A stretch of DNA of 64,000 nucleotides. Origin: Dendrobates tinctorius. Taxonomy: Eukaryota. Both the position numbers and the translations under genes were made by a program. This document shows positions 1-11,900 of this stretch, piece after piece (the first letter of the stretch is position 1; every line of letters starts with the position of its first letter). The notes below the pieces were generated by a model that saw only the letters and a list, made by a program, of their open reading frames with translations, was not told the origin of the DNA and did not search any database. Location: positions 18,538,001-18,602,000 of the forward strand of contig NW_027361677.1 in the NCBI RefSeq assembly GCF_039654945.1, given 5' to 3'.

Positions 1-1639
1 ACTCTCCTCCAGTGCTGTGAAATAAGGGGTGGCATTGCCATAGCTCATCGTGTTGCACGTTAATTGATCACAGCTGAATCCCTAGGGTTTATTGAGAAGA
101 CATATGACCACCATAGATAGTTGCCAGTCTTTGCTATAATAAAGCAGGACCATGCAGTCTATACAACATGACATGCACTAAAAGACTTTGCTTTAAGGTG
201 AGGACTTTGACAACTCTTCCCATATTTTCAAAAGGTAAAGTCTCTAGGGTTGTCACTGTAGAATAAAAACAAGGACAAACGCTGAAGAACACAGCCAATG
301 AAAACGGCGTTTGTTTTCCCAAAAAAGGATGAAATAATTTCCCTTGCTGGTATGTTTCATTGTAGACGAGCAGATTTAATGTATGACATACTTTTATGTG
401 CCAAAGCTGTCATATAAAAACTCCAGAATTAAAGGATCTTCATATAAGGATGCTGTGTCTCGTGTCTGACATCTGGAACTGAGAAATACATTTGTTTCCA
501 ATGAGAGGTCAGATTCTTTCCACAAGGGGTTTATACGCATTTCCTTGTATATACAGTTGTGTTTGATATTCTTATTAAGTGCAACTGGATGACACAATAT
601 CGCCGCCACCAGCCTGCTGTGGAGGGAAGTGTAAGAGACGTCTTGCTGAGTTTTCAATAAACTAAACTATGCATTCTTATCGACGTGAGATGACATCAAA
701 CTCACAAGTCCCGTTCACTTCATTAAGAGGAGTCTGCCTACATGAACATACGCAGCTGTCCCCCTCACTATCCCCTGTTGGCAAACTAAAAGGTGCCCAG
801 AGGACTCACTGGAACCATTTTGAGTCTATAGGAAATGGTCAAACCCTTCTTTGGACAACGCTTTATACCTTGGGCACATGGATATCTCCAGATTCTCTTA
901 ATATTTTTGTTAGACTCACCAGGTGAAGTGGAACCTCCAAGCACAAGGTCTGGGTGGGCCCACGGGTGTCAGCGCAGCAGATAAGAGGCACACATGGGAC
1001 ATGGATAGCCAAGAGACATGAGGCCGCAGGCAGGAAGGCAGAGTGCAGGAGACCGCAGGCAGGCAGAAGACATTAAGAGACCGCAGGTAGGTGGAGTGCA
1101 GAAAAAGGTGTGTAGCAAACCAAGGTCTAGGAACACAGAAGTCTTAATGCAATGTCAAAACAGAAGGGTGAGTCTCGGTGAGCTTATATAAACCCAGGCG
1201 GAATCTTACAAGGGATCACATCGGGCCATCAGTAAAGCCTGACAGCAGTCTATTGGACCAGAGAGGGAAGCAAAGCAATGATCCATGACAGGTGTCTTAA
1301 AGGGAATCTGTCACCCTATTTTTCGCCTATCAGCTGCCGACATCAGGGGCTTATCTACAGCATTCTGTAATGCTGTAGATAAGCCCCCCCATGTAACCGG
1401 AGAGATAAGAACAAAGAGTTAGATTATACTCACCGGGGTGTGGTCCGGTCTTGGTCTGGTGGGTGTTGTGGTCCGGCGCCTCCCTTCTTCTAACGGTGAC
1501 GTCGTCTTCTTTGCTGCCTGTCGTGGCTCCTGCGCAGTCGCACTGCTCTGCCCTGTTGAGGGCAGAGCAGAATACTGCAGTGCGAAGGCTACAATCACCT
1601 GGCAGATTCCTTTTCATTTGGTGTCATCCTGTACATGAT

Positions 1640-2885
1640 GATTGTGGGGAAGTCTCCATTCTATAGCAGTGCCACGATGGACGACTAGCATGAATCTTTG
1701 GACGACGTCCCCGGTTTTCCACCCTGTATCTCCATCGATGCCCTTGACGTCCTAGAAGGGTGAAGAAGGATGATGGTAGATTATAAGGAAGGATAGAGGA
1801 CATGATGCTGACAGTCCATAGACATTGTGTGATAACGTATCAGTAATAATACATAATATGATGATTAATGGACTCTGTCATCTTCCAACTTCTCTGCACA
1901 ACTCCATCGGCTCGATATGCCATAACATCATTCATTCGAGAGCACCAATTCTTCCACTCGATAAACTGGAGCGACGTGGAGTCCGGCAGAGCGGAACCAC
2001 CGTTCCATGGGGAAGATGTCAGTATAGCACATGGGGACATCCATAGTGTAATCATTGCCCAGTAACACACGTATTACCTTATTATTACAGAAGAATCGAT
2101 TTGCAGGACCCGGGTACAGCAATCTCGTCATTAGTCCATAGTCACCAGACAAGAGCCCTGTAAATCGCCTCCTTCCTGTCGGCCTCTCTAATGATGACAC
2201 TGCGCCAGATCTACAAATCTGGGGGATCCAGAGGGTATGATGTAGTTTGCAAGGCTCCTGTCCGGCGGTCACTGAATACAGATGTGGCCAATGGACCTGG
2301 GCAGCCGAGAATTGATTCACTCATCTCTATTAATCATTACATTAACCTTCCAGTGTACAGTATATATGTGAGTCGCTGATTCTTAGATCTGTACATTTTT
2401 CTACTTACAGGTGGATTAGTCTGAGAGAAATCATCTCCCTTCTGGAAACACCTAGTAATAACATTTACAGGACAAGTACACTGGACATTCTTTATTATTC
2501 CACCTTTCCTCATTACCCCCCTGAGACCACCATCTTATATCGTTGGGGTCTCACATTCAGACTACCAGCTAGAAAGAAGGAACTATGACTAACTTACAAT
2601 CCCATTCGGACCATGCCAAAACTCCAAGATTGGGAAATAGGACTGCCATCACCATCACTGCCATCTGGGACAAACTGGCAGACGGAGAACACCAAAAAAA
2701 CCCTCATCTGAAACCTCTTGATGCGCCTATGCCTCGATATGCAAGTAAAATTACGCTATATCTCTCTCCACCCTCTTTGTCGTGCAGAACATTTATCATT
2801 AAGGGGTGAAATACTAATGTGAAAAGGCGCCTACTCTTCATAGTACTCACATCGGCAGCAATAGATAAAGGATTTCTAGACGAGT
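1640..2885 (+). mobile_element. Possible highly degraded Ty3/Gypsy gag-pol relic
   Basis: Scattered collinear peptide remnants (IDSLISI, APMPR, DKGF) resembling the Gypsy gag end and RT start; no long ORF. Confidence 0.35.
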
Positions 2886-3150
2886 CTCTGCACAACCTCT
2901 TTAAAGCTTTTGGTCACTTGCACTTCCTATTTGCAATAAATGCATTTTATTGGCGAGTATGCAGTGGTCATCAATATTAGATCAGAGGAGGTGCAACATC
3001 CGACACAAACAAAGTATTTTTTTTTGTTTCTTTTGCCCCCTCAGGAGAGATGGAGAAACATCTATTGTTCTCGGTGGAGCAGCTCCCAGCAATGTACGAA
3101 CGCGGCAAATTGTTGTATTTTCCAAGTTTTGATTAAAAGAGTTTATATTA
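2880..3150 (+). pseudogene. Collapsed relic duplicate of CDT1 (intron 2 pieces, start of last exon, 3' UTR end)
   Basis: 2893-2943 resembles 13326-13376; 2965-2984 resembles 13565-13584; 3030-3087 resembles 16876-16933 (EMEKHL); 3105-3145 resembles 17515-17555 including ATTAAA. Confidence 0.75.
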
Positions 3151-3399
3151 CATTTTCTTGGATCTATTTTTTTAGATGCTTCTTTCTGGTTTATTGTTGG
3201 CTATGCAGTGAATTGATCATAGAACTGCAGTGTAAAGCATGGGGCGCTCTAAGGCAGTCGAGGAATTTCAAACTTTAACATTACATAATGAATCCAAAGA
3301 GCGGCCACAAACCTTATAATCTGCTATACTTTACTTAACTTTAAAGGGATTGTCAACGTAGCTCACTTCTGTATGAGGAGGAGTTCAGCATTGATAGCA

Positions 3400-3630
3400 G
3401 CAGTTTACAATAGGTGATGTCACAGCTCACCTCCTCCTGTACAGTGACTGCTAACCCCTCTATATACAGTAGATAACACAGGATCCACCATTCACAATAG
3501 GTGATGTCACCGCTCACCTCCTCCTGTACAATGACCGATAACACCTCTATATACAAATTACGCAGGATCCACCATTCACAATAGGTGATATCACAGCTCA
3601 CATCCTCCTCCTGGACAATGACTGATAACC
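3400..3630. repeat. Tandem copies of an interspersed ~84-bp unit (GGATCCACCATTCACAATAGGTGATGTCACAGCTCACCTCC)
   Basis: About 3 copies here; the same unit recurs at 19404-19423 / 20970-21035. Confidence 0.75.
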
Positions 3631-4251
3631 TGGGTCGGACTGGCCCATTGGAGAACTGGAGGATTCTCCAGTGGGGCCTGGCACCTGCTGGCATGCAGGG
3701 CTAGCAGTTGTCTAGGGATCCTGCTGCTCCAGAGGCGTGTCGCTAATAGCGGCACACCACGCAGCTGTTATGGGGGCCCCCCGGTGCCAGCGGAGCAGTA
3801 GCGGGTGACAGGAGACGCTCTTGTGGCTATTGTCTGTCACCGCTGCTAAAATGAAATGAAAATTCACTGCTCCCCACACCCACATGGGCGTGGAGAGGGG
3901 TATCATTTAACTTTAATGGCGGCCGCCGGTCAGTGACAGTGTTAGCTGCAGCAGCCGGCTAATGTTGCCCGCTATCAGGGCCGGGAGACCAGGGCCCCCC
4001 AACCCACGCGGCCACTATGCTGCAGTAAGTCAGGGGGTCCGTTGCCAGCGCCGCCCTCCGGTGCACACATTCAACTGTAATGGAAGAAACAGCGTCAGTT
4101 GACGCTCCTTCTCCCATCAGTTCCCTCTGCCTCTGACACGGCCGGTGCACCCGCTGTGTGTCTGGCAGATGGCAGCACAGCTCCTGACACCGAAGCAGAG
4201 CCGCCGCCAGAATCAGCGTGGGAGCAAGGAGGAGAGGTGAGTATTGTGGTT

Positions 4252-4300
<49 letters not shown>

Positions 4301-4319
4301 CCGTGAGTCCAGGTTGCAT

Positions 4320-5060
4320 CATACCCTATTGGGGTGGCAGCATTATACCCTATAAGGAGGGAGCATTATACCCTATGAGGGCGCAGCATAATACCCTATG
4401 GGGGATGGGGGGCAGCATTATACCCTGAGGGGGCTGCATTATATTCTGTGGGGGCTACATTATATCTTATGAGGGGGCTACATTATACCATATGAGGGGG
4501 CTGCATTATATTCTGTGGGGGCTGCATTATACCCTATGAGGGGGCTGCATTATACCCTATGAGGGGGCTGCATTATATCTTATGAGGGGGCTGCATTATA
4601 TTCTGTGGGGGCTACATTATATTCTATGAGGGGGCTGCATTATATCTTATGAGGGGGCTACATTATACCCTATGAGGGGGCTGCATTATATTCTGTGGGG
4701 GCTACATTATATTCTATGAGGGGGCTGCATTATACCCTATGAGGGGGCTGCATTATATCTTATGAGGGGGCTACATTATACCCTATGAGGGGGCTACATT
4801 ATATCTTATGAGGGGGCTACATTATATCTCATGAGGGGGCTGCATTATACCCTATGAGGGGGCTACATTATATCTTATGAGGGGGCTACATTATACCCTA
4901 TGAGGGGGCTGCATTATACCCTATGAGGGGGCTGCATTATACCCTATGAGGGGGCTGCATTATACCCTATGAGGGGGCTACATTATACCCTATGAGGGGG
5001 CTACATTATACCCTATGAGGGGGCTGCATTCTATTCTCTGGGGGTTACATTATATTCTAT
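4320..5060. repeat. 21-22 bp minisatellite (GGGGGCTGCATTATACCCTATGA), probably inside a non-autonomous DNA element (~3630-5190)
   Basis: More than 30 tandem copies, preceded by (TA)n at 4257-4298. Confidence 0.92.
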
Positions 5061-5234
5061 AACGGTGCTACCCCAACTCCTGCTACATAATAAAACGTGT
5101 ACTACCTTATATTACAGCCTGATATCAGCGTGTTTCACCTCACGATTGGTGGTCTTGTATTTATTTCTATGTAGCTACATAGTGGGCCCAAGGTGCTGCT
5201 GATAACACAGGAGCCATCATTCCTATTTACATAC

Positions 5235-5600
5235 GCTGGGACTTGTAGTACCACATATACAGATGCTGGGACCTGTGGTACCATAAATGTAGTGTTTTAC
5301 CACACACATCCCAGTTATTACACAGACTAACCTTCCTTTGTTCCTCTATATAACGTTTCTAGCTATAGAGCGCTGTGCACACTGTACACCACCGCCGCCG
5401 CCATTACTATCGGTTACCTCAACTACAGGACGTAATGGGCCATACCAAGTATGTTTATATAAAACACCCCCTCACTTCTTTGGACTATTCCGGTCACATG
5501 ATCCAGTTTTCCCGCGAAATCCGACTTCCACGCTGCGCCCATTTAGGACTGTCGACCAATCGCGGAGCTCGCAGGCGCTGACGTCACGCCCCGGGACTCT
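5235..5600 (+). promoter_or_regulatory. CDT1 CpG-rich promoter: overlapping E2F sites, CCAAT, CRE, ZNF143-like motifs
   Basis: TTTCCCGCGAAA 5508-5519, CCAAT 5556-5560, TGACGTCA 5579-5586, GCTGGGACTTGTAGT ~5235; CDT1 is a known E2F target. Confidence 0.7.
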
Positions 5601-5654
5601 GCACTCAGCGCTGAAGCTTTAGTCTTTCTTGTGTTCGCTGTGTGAGCGGCCGGC

Positions 5655-5933
5655 ATGGAGCAGATGAGAGTTACCGATTACTTCGGGCAGCGGAAGAGGC
5701 CGGCAGCGCGGGGGAACCCGGGGACTAAACGGAGGAAGGTGCAGGAGGCCGTGAAGTTAGAAGACTTGCTGCGTCCTCCCAGCACTCCGGAGCAGCCCGA
5801 GCGCAGCGAGCTGCCCGCTCCCTCCGCACTCCTTCCCAGCAGCAAGAAGCGGGGCCGGCAGGACTCAGAGCAGGAGGTGACGGGAAAGAGATCCGCGCGG
5901 AAGAAGCTGAAGCTCCCTGAAGAGGAGCCCCAG
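5655..5933 (+). CDS. CDT1: CDT1 exon 1 (PIP degron, Cy-like ARKKLKL)
   Basis: ATG at 5655; donor CAG|GTACAG at 5934, phase 0. Confidence 0.93.
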
Positions 5934-8900
5934 GTACAGCCGCCATGTTTAATGTGGGCAGCTGTGTAGCCAATCAGATAACTGCTTTCATTTTGTCACA
6001 TGAAAGCTGCAATCTGATTGGCTGTTCTGTGCACTTCCTATTCTACACCTCGGCTTGAGAGCACTTCCTGTTAGGGCACGAGGTGGTCACACAGGGGGCA
6101 GAGCCTTACCTTTGCCCCCCCCCCCCCCCGAAAGCTGTGAGCTCTGCCTATGGCTAGCATTGGCTGCCCAGCCAAGTGGTCATATGTCTCAAAAAAATAA
6201 AACATAGCCATATGGTGTCAAGGAGTCTAATCACAATGGAGGGGCTTCATATTTCTTTATCGCCTTATTGGGGGACACAGATTACCATGGGTGTATGCTG
6301 CTGCTGCGAGGCTGACACTCTGCACAACAAGAAAATTAGCTCCTCCCCGGCAGTATACACCCACCGACAGGCACCTCAGCTTGTGCTTAGTGTCTGTAGG
6401 AGGCGGACCGGGATCGCCCCAGATCCGCATCTAACAAATTCTTTTTCCTTTCAGGTTTTAGTTGTGTGTATTAATTTTTTTCAATTTATTTTTCAGATTT
6501 AGCATCAGGAAACGGGATGTGAGTTCATCCTGCTTTTCCATATCAGGCGGCTGAGCGAGCAATGTGGTATTGCCCACATCACAACTCTCAGGACCGCAGG
6601 CAGGACCTTCCCCTATCACCCTCGGGTGCTATGGGCTATTGACGGGTGGCTGGTCCTAGCCGATTCCCCTCCTCACCCCTCTCCCAGGACAGGGCTGAGA
6701 GGAAGACAGCGGTCGCCAGCGGTGACGTTTCCCCTGCCAGCATGAGTTTGGCGCCGTCTTCTGCACCATACGGACATGGTGCGGGTACAGAGGATCGTCT
6801 CTCCCAGCGGCCTGCTCTCTATCGTGGGCCCCTGCGGTCATCCTCTTCAGGGACATCAGGTAAGCTTATCTGAATGTCCCCTCCAGCCCCGCTCTCAAAA
6901 ATGGACTCAAGCTGCCCCATTACAGGCAGTTCAGGGCCCCTGTTTGAAATACCCGCCCTGCAGTCTCTTCACATTAATGTTATCGGGATCGGTGCCTCTC
7001 AGGGCCGATTTGAATTTCCCGCCCCCTTTTTTCACCGGGTGCTCTGTCAGACGCGCGCCTCTTCTGCTATCACCGGGGGGTCCAACGGTGGTTTCCGGCC
7101 GAGGGCAGCAACCTACCCAGTACCTTCACTGTCCCTGCGGCTTCACTGACTCCGGGCGCACTATTGCATGTTAGTGCAGGGGGAAACGCTTTCGGTTTGA
7201 AAACTTCCTCTTCCCTCTCTGCGTGCGCTTTTTAGCCCATCACAGGGCTGCTTTCACTTCAGCGCTGTCAGTCTGACCTTAACCGCGCCTCCCCTCGGTC
7301 CTCTACCAATCACGCGGCTCGGCGGTTAAGCCCTGCCCACCGCTAGCGTTTCCTGTCATTTCTGGATATCATCTTCTCTCCCTTCACCGGATCTCTTCCT
7401 GGGGGACTCAACGGTGTTTTGCTCCGCATCTGAACCTCTGTAGGCTCGGCGCTTCTACAGTCTGACGCTATAATTAGCTCTCCACGGCAGTTCCCTATCA
7501 GATAGCGCTACTACCGCATAGACATATGCCCAATCCTGCAGGGGTTCCCTGTTCTAGACCCATCGCTATTGCCTGCGCGTGCTGTAAAAAGAAGTGGGCA
7601 TCAGGTCAGTCGTCTCCTTTCTGCCCGTCCTGCAGCCCTTCCACCATGTCTGCCCCTCAGGAGCACTCCGAGCCCCGGGTTGAGAGCACCCCACCCCGAG
7701 TGGGCCGTTGCAATGTCTGTCGGTCTTGGATCTGACTAAAGTTTCTCAGTCTCTGGTCCAGGTCTTAGAACGGTTACCCCAGCTATTTACAGCCCCCTGT
7801 GCGCCGACCGCCCCTCACGGTGAGTCGCCTGCACCTGACCGCGACCTTCAGACGGACAGGCCGGGTAGGGGCTCTAGGAAGCGGGTTCTGTCTGGCTCTT
7901 CCAGCTCGCAAGGTCCGTCCGCTTCTCCCAGGCTACGCTCCTCGTCTCCCTCATCAGCAGACGACCCTAGGTCAGACGAGGATTCCCAATCTGGATCTGA
8001 CTCAGAGGCGGACAACATAGCTAGAACTCGGGACATGGTGGATAGTCTCATATCGGCTATATTCCAAACCCTCAAGATAAAGGAGGATAAGGCACCCCCT
8101 CAGGAATGCTCTGTTTCTTTTAAGAGAGCGAGGCCTCCCTCTCAAACCTTTCCTAATCACAAGGAGTTCAACACTTCATTAGCCAATCACTGGCAACATT
8201 CTGAGAAACTTTTTTCAGGCCGCAAGTACTTAGATGTGCTATAGCCCTTCGATGCGGATCTAGTCACAAAATGGACCAAAGCTCCCGAGGTAGATCCACC
8301 AGTTTTCCGTCTGTCTTCTAAGACGGTTCTGTCCCTTCCGGACAGAGCTTCGCTTAAAGATCCGACAGACAGGCAAATAGAATCATTGGCTAAGTCAATT
8401 TTTGAGGCATCCGGCGCCTCCCTCTGTCCTATTTTCGCCTCCGCTTGTGTGGCGAAAGTCATTTCAGCTTGGGCAAAAATTCTTCGCAAGGGCATTTCAA
8501 CGGCAGCACCTCAGGACGAGCTGGCAGATTTAGCAGACCAGATTAATCATGCAGGTAAATACCTCTTGGCCGCCTCCTTGGACGCGGCAGGGTGCGTAGC
8601 AAGAGCTAACAGCAACATAGTAGCCATACGCCGCATCCTTTGGTTGAAGTCGTGGAGTGCGGACACAACCTCAAAAAAGTCGCTCACCAACCTGGCGTTT
8701 CACGGCTCTTTGGCGCCAAGCTGGATCAGATAATCTCTGATGCCACTGGTGGTAAGAGTCCTTCCCTTCCTCAGCCCCGGCCTAGAAGGTTTTTTAACAG
8801 GAAAGCTTCTCGGCCGTTCAGGTCCTTTCGCCTCTTCTCTCCCGCAGAAGGTTCATCCCAGCAGATCACTATCTTATAAACCCGCCCCCCACTGGAGATC

Positions 8901-11900
8901 AAGAGGTCAGGTCTTCAGGCCCCCTGTCCGGCAGATTTTCATCTAAGTGACGGGTCACCCCCACCTGGAAATCCTTCCAGGGTGGGAGGCAGACTTTCCT
9001 CTTTCATGGACGCATGGCTATCCGTTGTCGACGATGCTTGGGTCAGGAAAATCATCACATCCGGATACAAAATCGAATTTTCTCCCCCCCAAACAGTCGC
9101 TTCTTCCTGTCTCGACCCCCAAGACAGCGGTCTCAGATTCCAGGGTTCCTTCAGGCCGGGGTTATCGTTCTCGTTCCTTCAAACGAACTGTTTTCAGGGT
9201 TCTACTCGAATCTCTTCGTAGTCCCGAAAAAAGACGGCTCCCTTCATCCAATTTTGGACCTCAAGTTGCTCAACCTCCACGTGAGGATCCTCCACTTCAA
9301 GATGGAGTCTCTGCGCTCGGTAATAGCCTCGATGGAACCCGGAGAGTTCCTCTGCTCTGTGGACATACAGGATGCCTACCTCCACATCCCTATTTGTTTG
9401 CAACATCAGAGATATCTCCGCTTTGCGATTCAGGACAATCACTACCAGTTCACGGCCCTTCCCTTTGGCCTAGCCTCCGCTCCCCGTGTCTTTACGAAGG
9501 TGATGGCAACAGTCATGGCCATTCTTCGATCCAGGGGGATTCTCATCGTCCCTTACCTGGACGATCTCCTGATCAAGGGCTCGTCCCGCCAAGACTGTCT
9601 TTCAAAGTCTTCAGATAACCCTGGATGCTCTCGGACGCCTCGGATGGATAGTCAACAAGGAGAAGTCCATCCTGCGCCCTACCCAGCGTCTGACCTTTTT
9701 GGGCATGGAATTCGACACGAATCTAGCCCGGGTGTTTCTACCGAGGGACAAGTTTTCAACCCTTTGCAAGGGAATCCGATCCCTAAAACGCTCGAGGATC
9801 ATGTCCCTTCGGCCTGCATGAGGGTCCTGGGGAAGATGATGGCTTCCATGGAAGCAGTGCCTTTCACACAATTTCACTCTCTCCCTCTCCAGCTGTTCCT
9901 CCTTTCAGTCTGGGACAAGACTTCGTTTTCTCTGGACCGCCCCATCCTCCTTCCGCTCAGTCAGACAATCGCTGACTTGGTGGACTTTGCCGGCGCCAGT
10001 TCTCCAGGGAAGGTCCTTTCTTCCGCCTCAGTGGCAAGTCATCACCACCGATGCCAGTCTCCTGGGATGGGGGGCGGTTTACCATCGAAAAACGGCCCAA
10101 TGGCGCTGGAGCGCCCAGGAGGCTCTTCTTCCCATCAACCTTCTGGAGATCAGAGGATTCTTCCTTGCTCTCCTCGTTGGCAGCCTATTCTTCGTAGGCA
10201 AACCAGTCCGCATTCAGTCAGACAACGCCACGACCGTGGCGTACATAAACCACCAGGGCGGTACTCACAGCAGGCAGGTAATGTCAGAAGTGGCGAAGAT
10301 ACTGCGTTGGGCAGAGTGTCACGTTTCGGCGATCTCCGCCGTTCACATTCCAGGGGTGGAGAATTGAGCAGCCGACTTCTTAAGTCGCCAGGGTCTAGCG
10401 TCAGGCGAATGATCCCTTCATCCCACAGTCTTCAATCAGATATGCCGACATCGATCTCATTGCATCTCGGATGAACAACAAAGTTCCTCACTTTGTAGCC
10501 AGGTCCAGGGATCCTCTAGCCGTCAGTTGCGACGCCCTGGTAATTCCGTGGTCCCAGTTCCAACTGCCTTACCTGTTTCCTCCCATTGCCCTAATCCCAA
10601 GGGTGGTCAAAAAGATAAAGTCAGAGGGCATCCCAGTCATTCTAGTGGCTCCAGACTTGCCAAGACGTCCTTGGTATGTGAACATGCTCGCGGACGTCCC
10701 CTGGAGGCTTCCAGACCGTCCAGATCTTCTCACAAGGCCCCCTTTACCACCAGAATTCTCAGTCTGAGTTTAACGGCATGGCCGTTGAGGCCGTAATTCT
10801 GAGAGAATCAGGGTTTTCCAGCCGGGTCATTCAAAACATGATCGGAGCTAGGAAGCCAGCCTCTTCCCGCATTTACCATAGGTACTGGAAGGCATTTTTC
10901 CGTTGGTGCGATAACGATGTTTTTCCATTGTCGTTCTCCATTCCATCCATACTTGGCTTCCTCCAGTCCAGTTTAGATGCGGGCCTGTCCCTCAGTACCC
11001 TCAAAGGCCAGGTGTCTGCCCTGGCAATTCTCTTCCAGAAGGATCTGGCTTCCTTACCGCAGGTGAAGACTTTTCTCCAAGGAGTCGCCCATGTGGCTCC
11101 TCATCATTCTCCGATAGATCCGTGGGATCTCAATCTCGTTCTTGACGCTCTCCAAAAGGCGCCGTTCGAACCAATCCAGGACATTCCTCTGTCCCTTCTC
11201 TCATGGAAGGTGGCTTTTCTAATCGCCATTACATCCATCAGGAGAGTTTCTGAGCTGGCGGCTTTATCCTGTCGTTCCCCGTACCTAATCTTCCACCAAG
11301 ATAAGGTCGTTCTCAGGCCAGTTCCTTCCTTCCAAAGGTGGTATTCCCCTTTCACATTAACGAAGATATCGTCCTTCCATCGTTTTGTCCTGCGCCTGCT
11401 CATCCTCTGGAAAAGTCGCTCCACAAACTGGATGTAGTGAGAGCCTTGCGAGTTTATCTTGCCAGGACCACTTCTTTTCGCCAATCCGACTCCCTGCTTG
11501 TCATCTCTGAAGGTCGCCGGAAAGGGCTTCCGGCAGCCAAGTCCACAATTGCTCGCTGGATTCGTTCTACCATCCTGGAAGCCTACCGACTTCAGGAAAA
11601 ACGGCCCCCTCCGGGAGTGAGAGCCCACTCCACCCGGGCTGTAGGGGCTTCTTGGGCTGTGCGACACCAGGCTTCGGCCTTACAACTTTGCAGAGCCGCG
11701 ATCTGGTCGTCTTTGCACACCTTTTGCAAGGTTCTACAGGGTTTATACCCAGGCCTCGTCTGATGCAGCTCTTGGTGGGAAGGTTCTGCAGGCGGCGGTC
11801 GCACATCGGCCGACCGAAGTCCTTCCTTTCGTTCCTTTGTGGCTGTTCCCACCCTCAGGAATGCTTTGGAACGTCCCATGGTAATGTGTCCCCCAATAAG

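Noticed and set aside
1-1300. Possible PIEZO1 5' exon expected from synteny, or an LTR at 908-1290
   Set aside because: No recognisable coding exon or CpG island; the TG...CA segment has no matching TSD.
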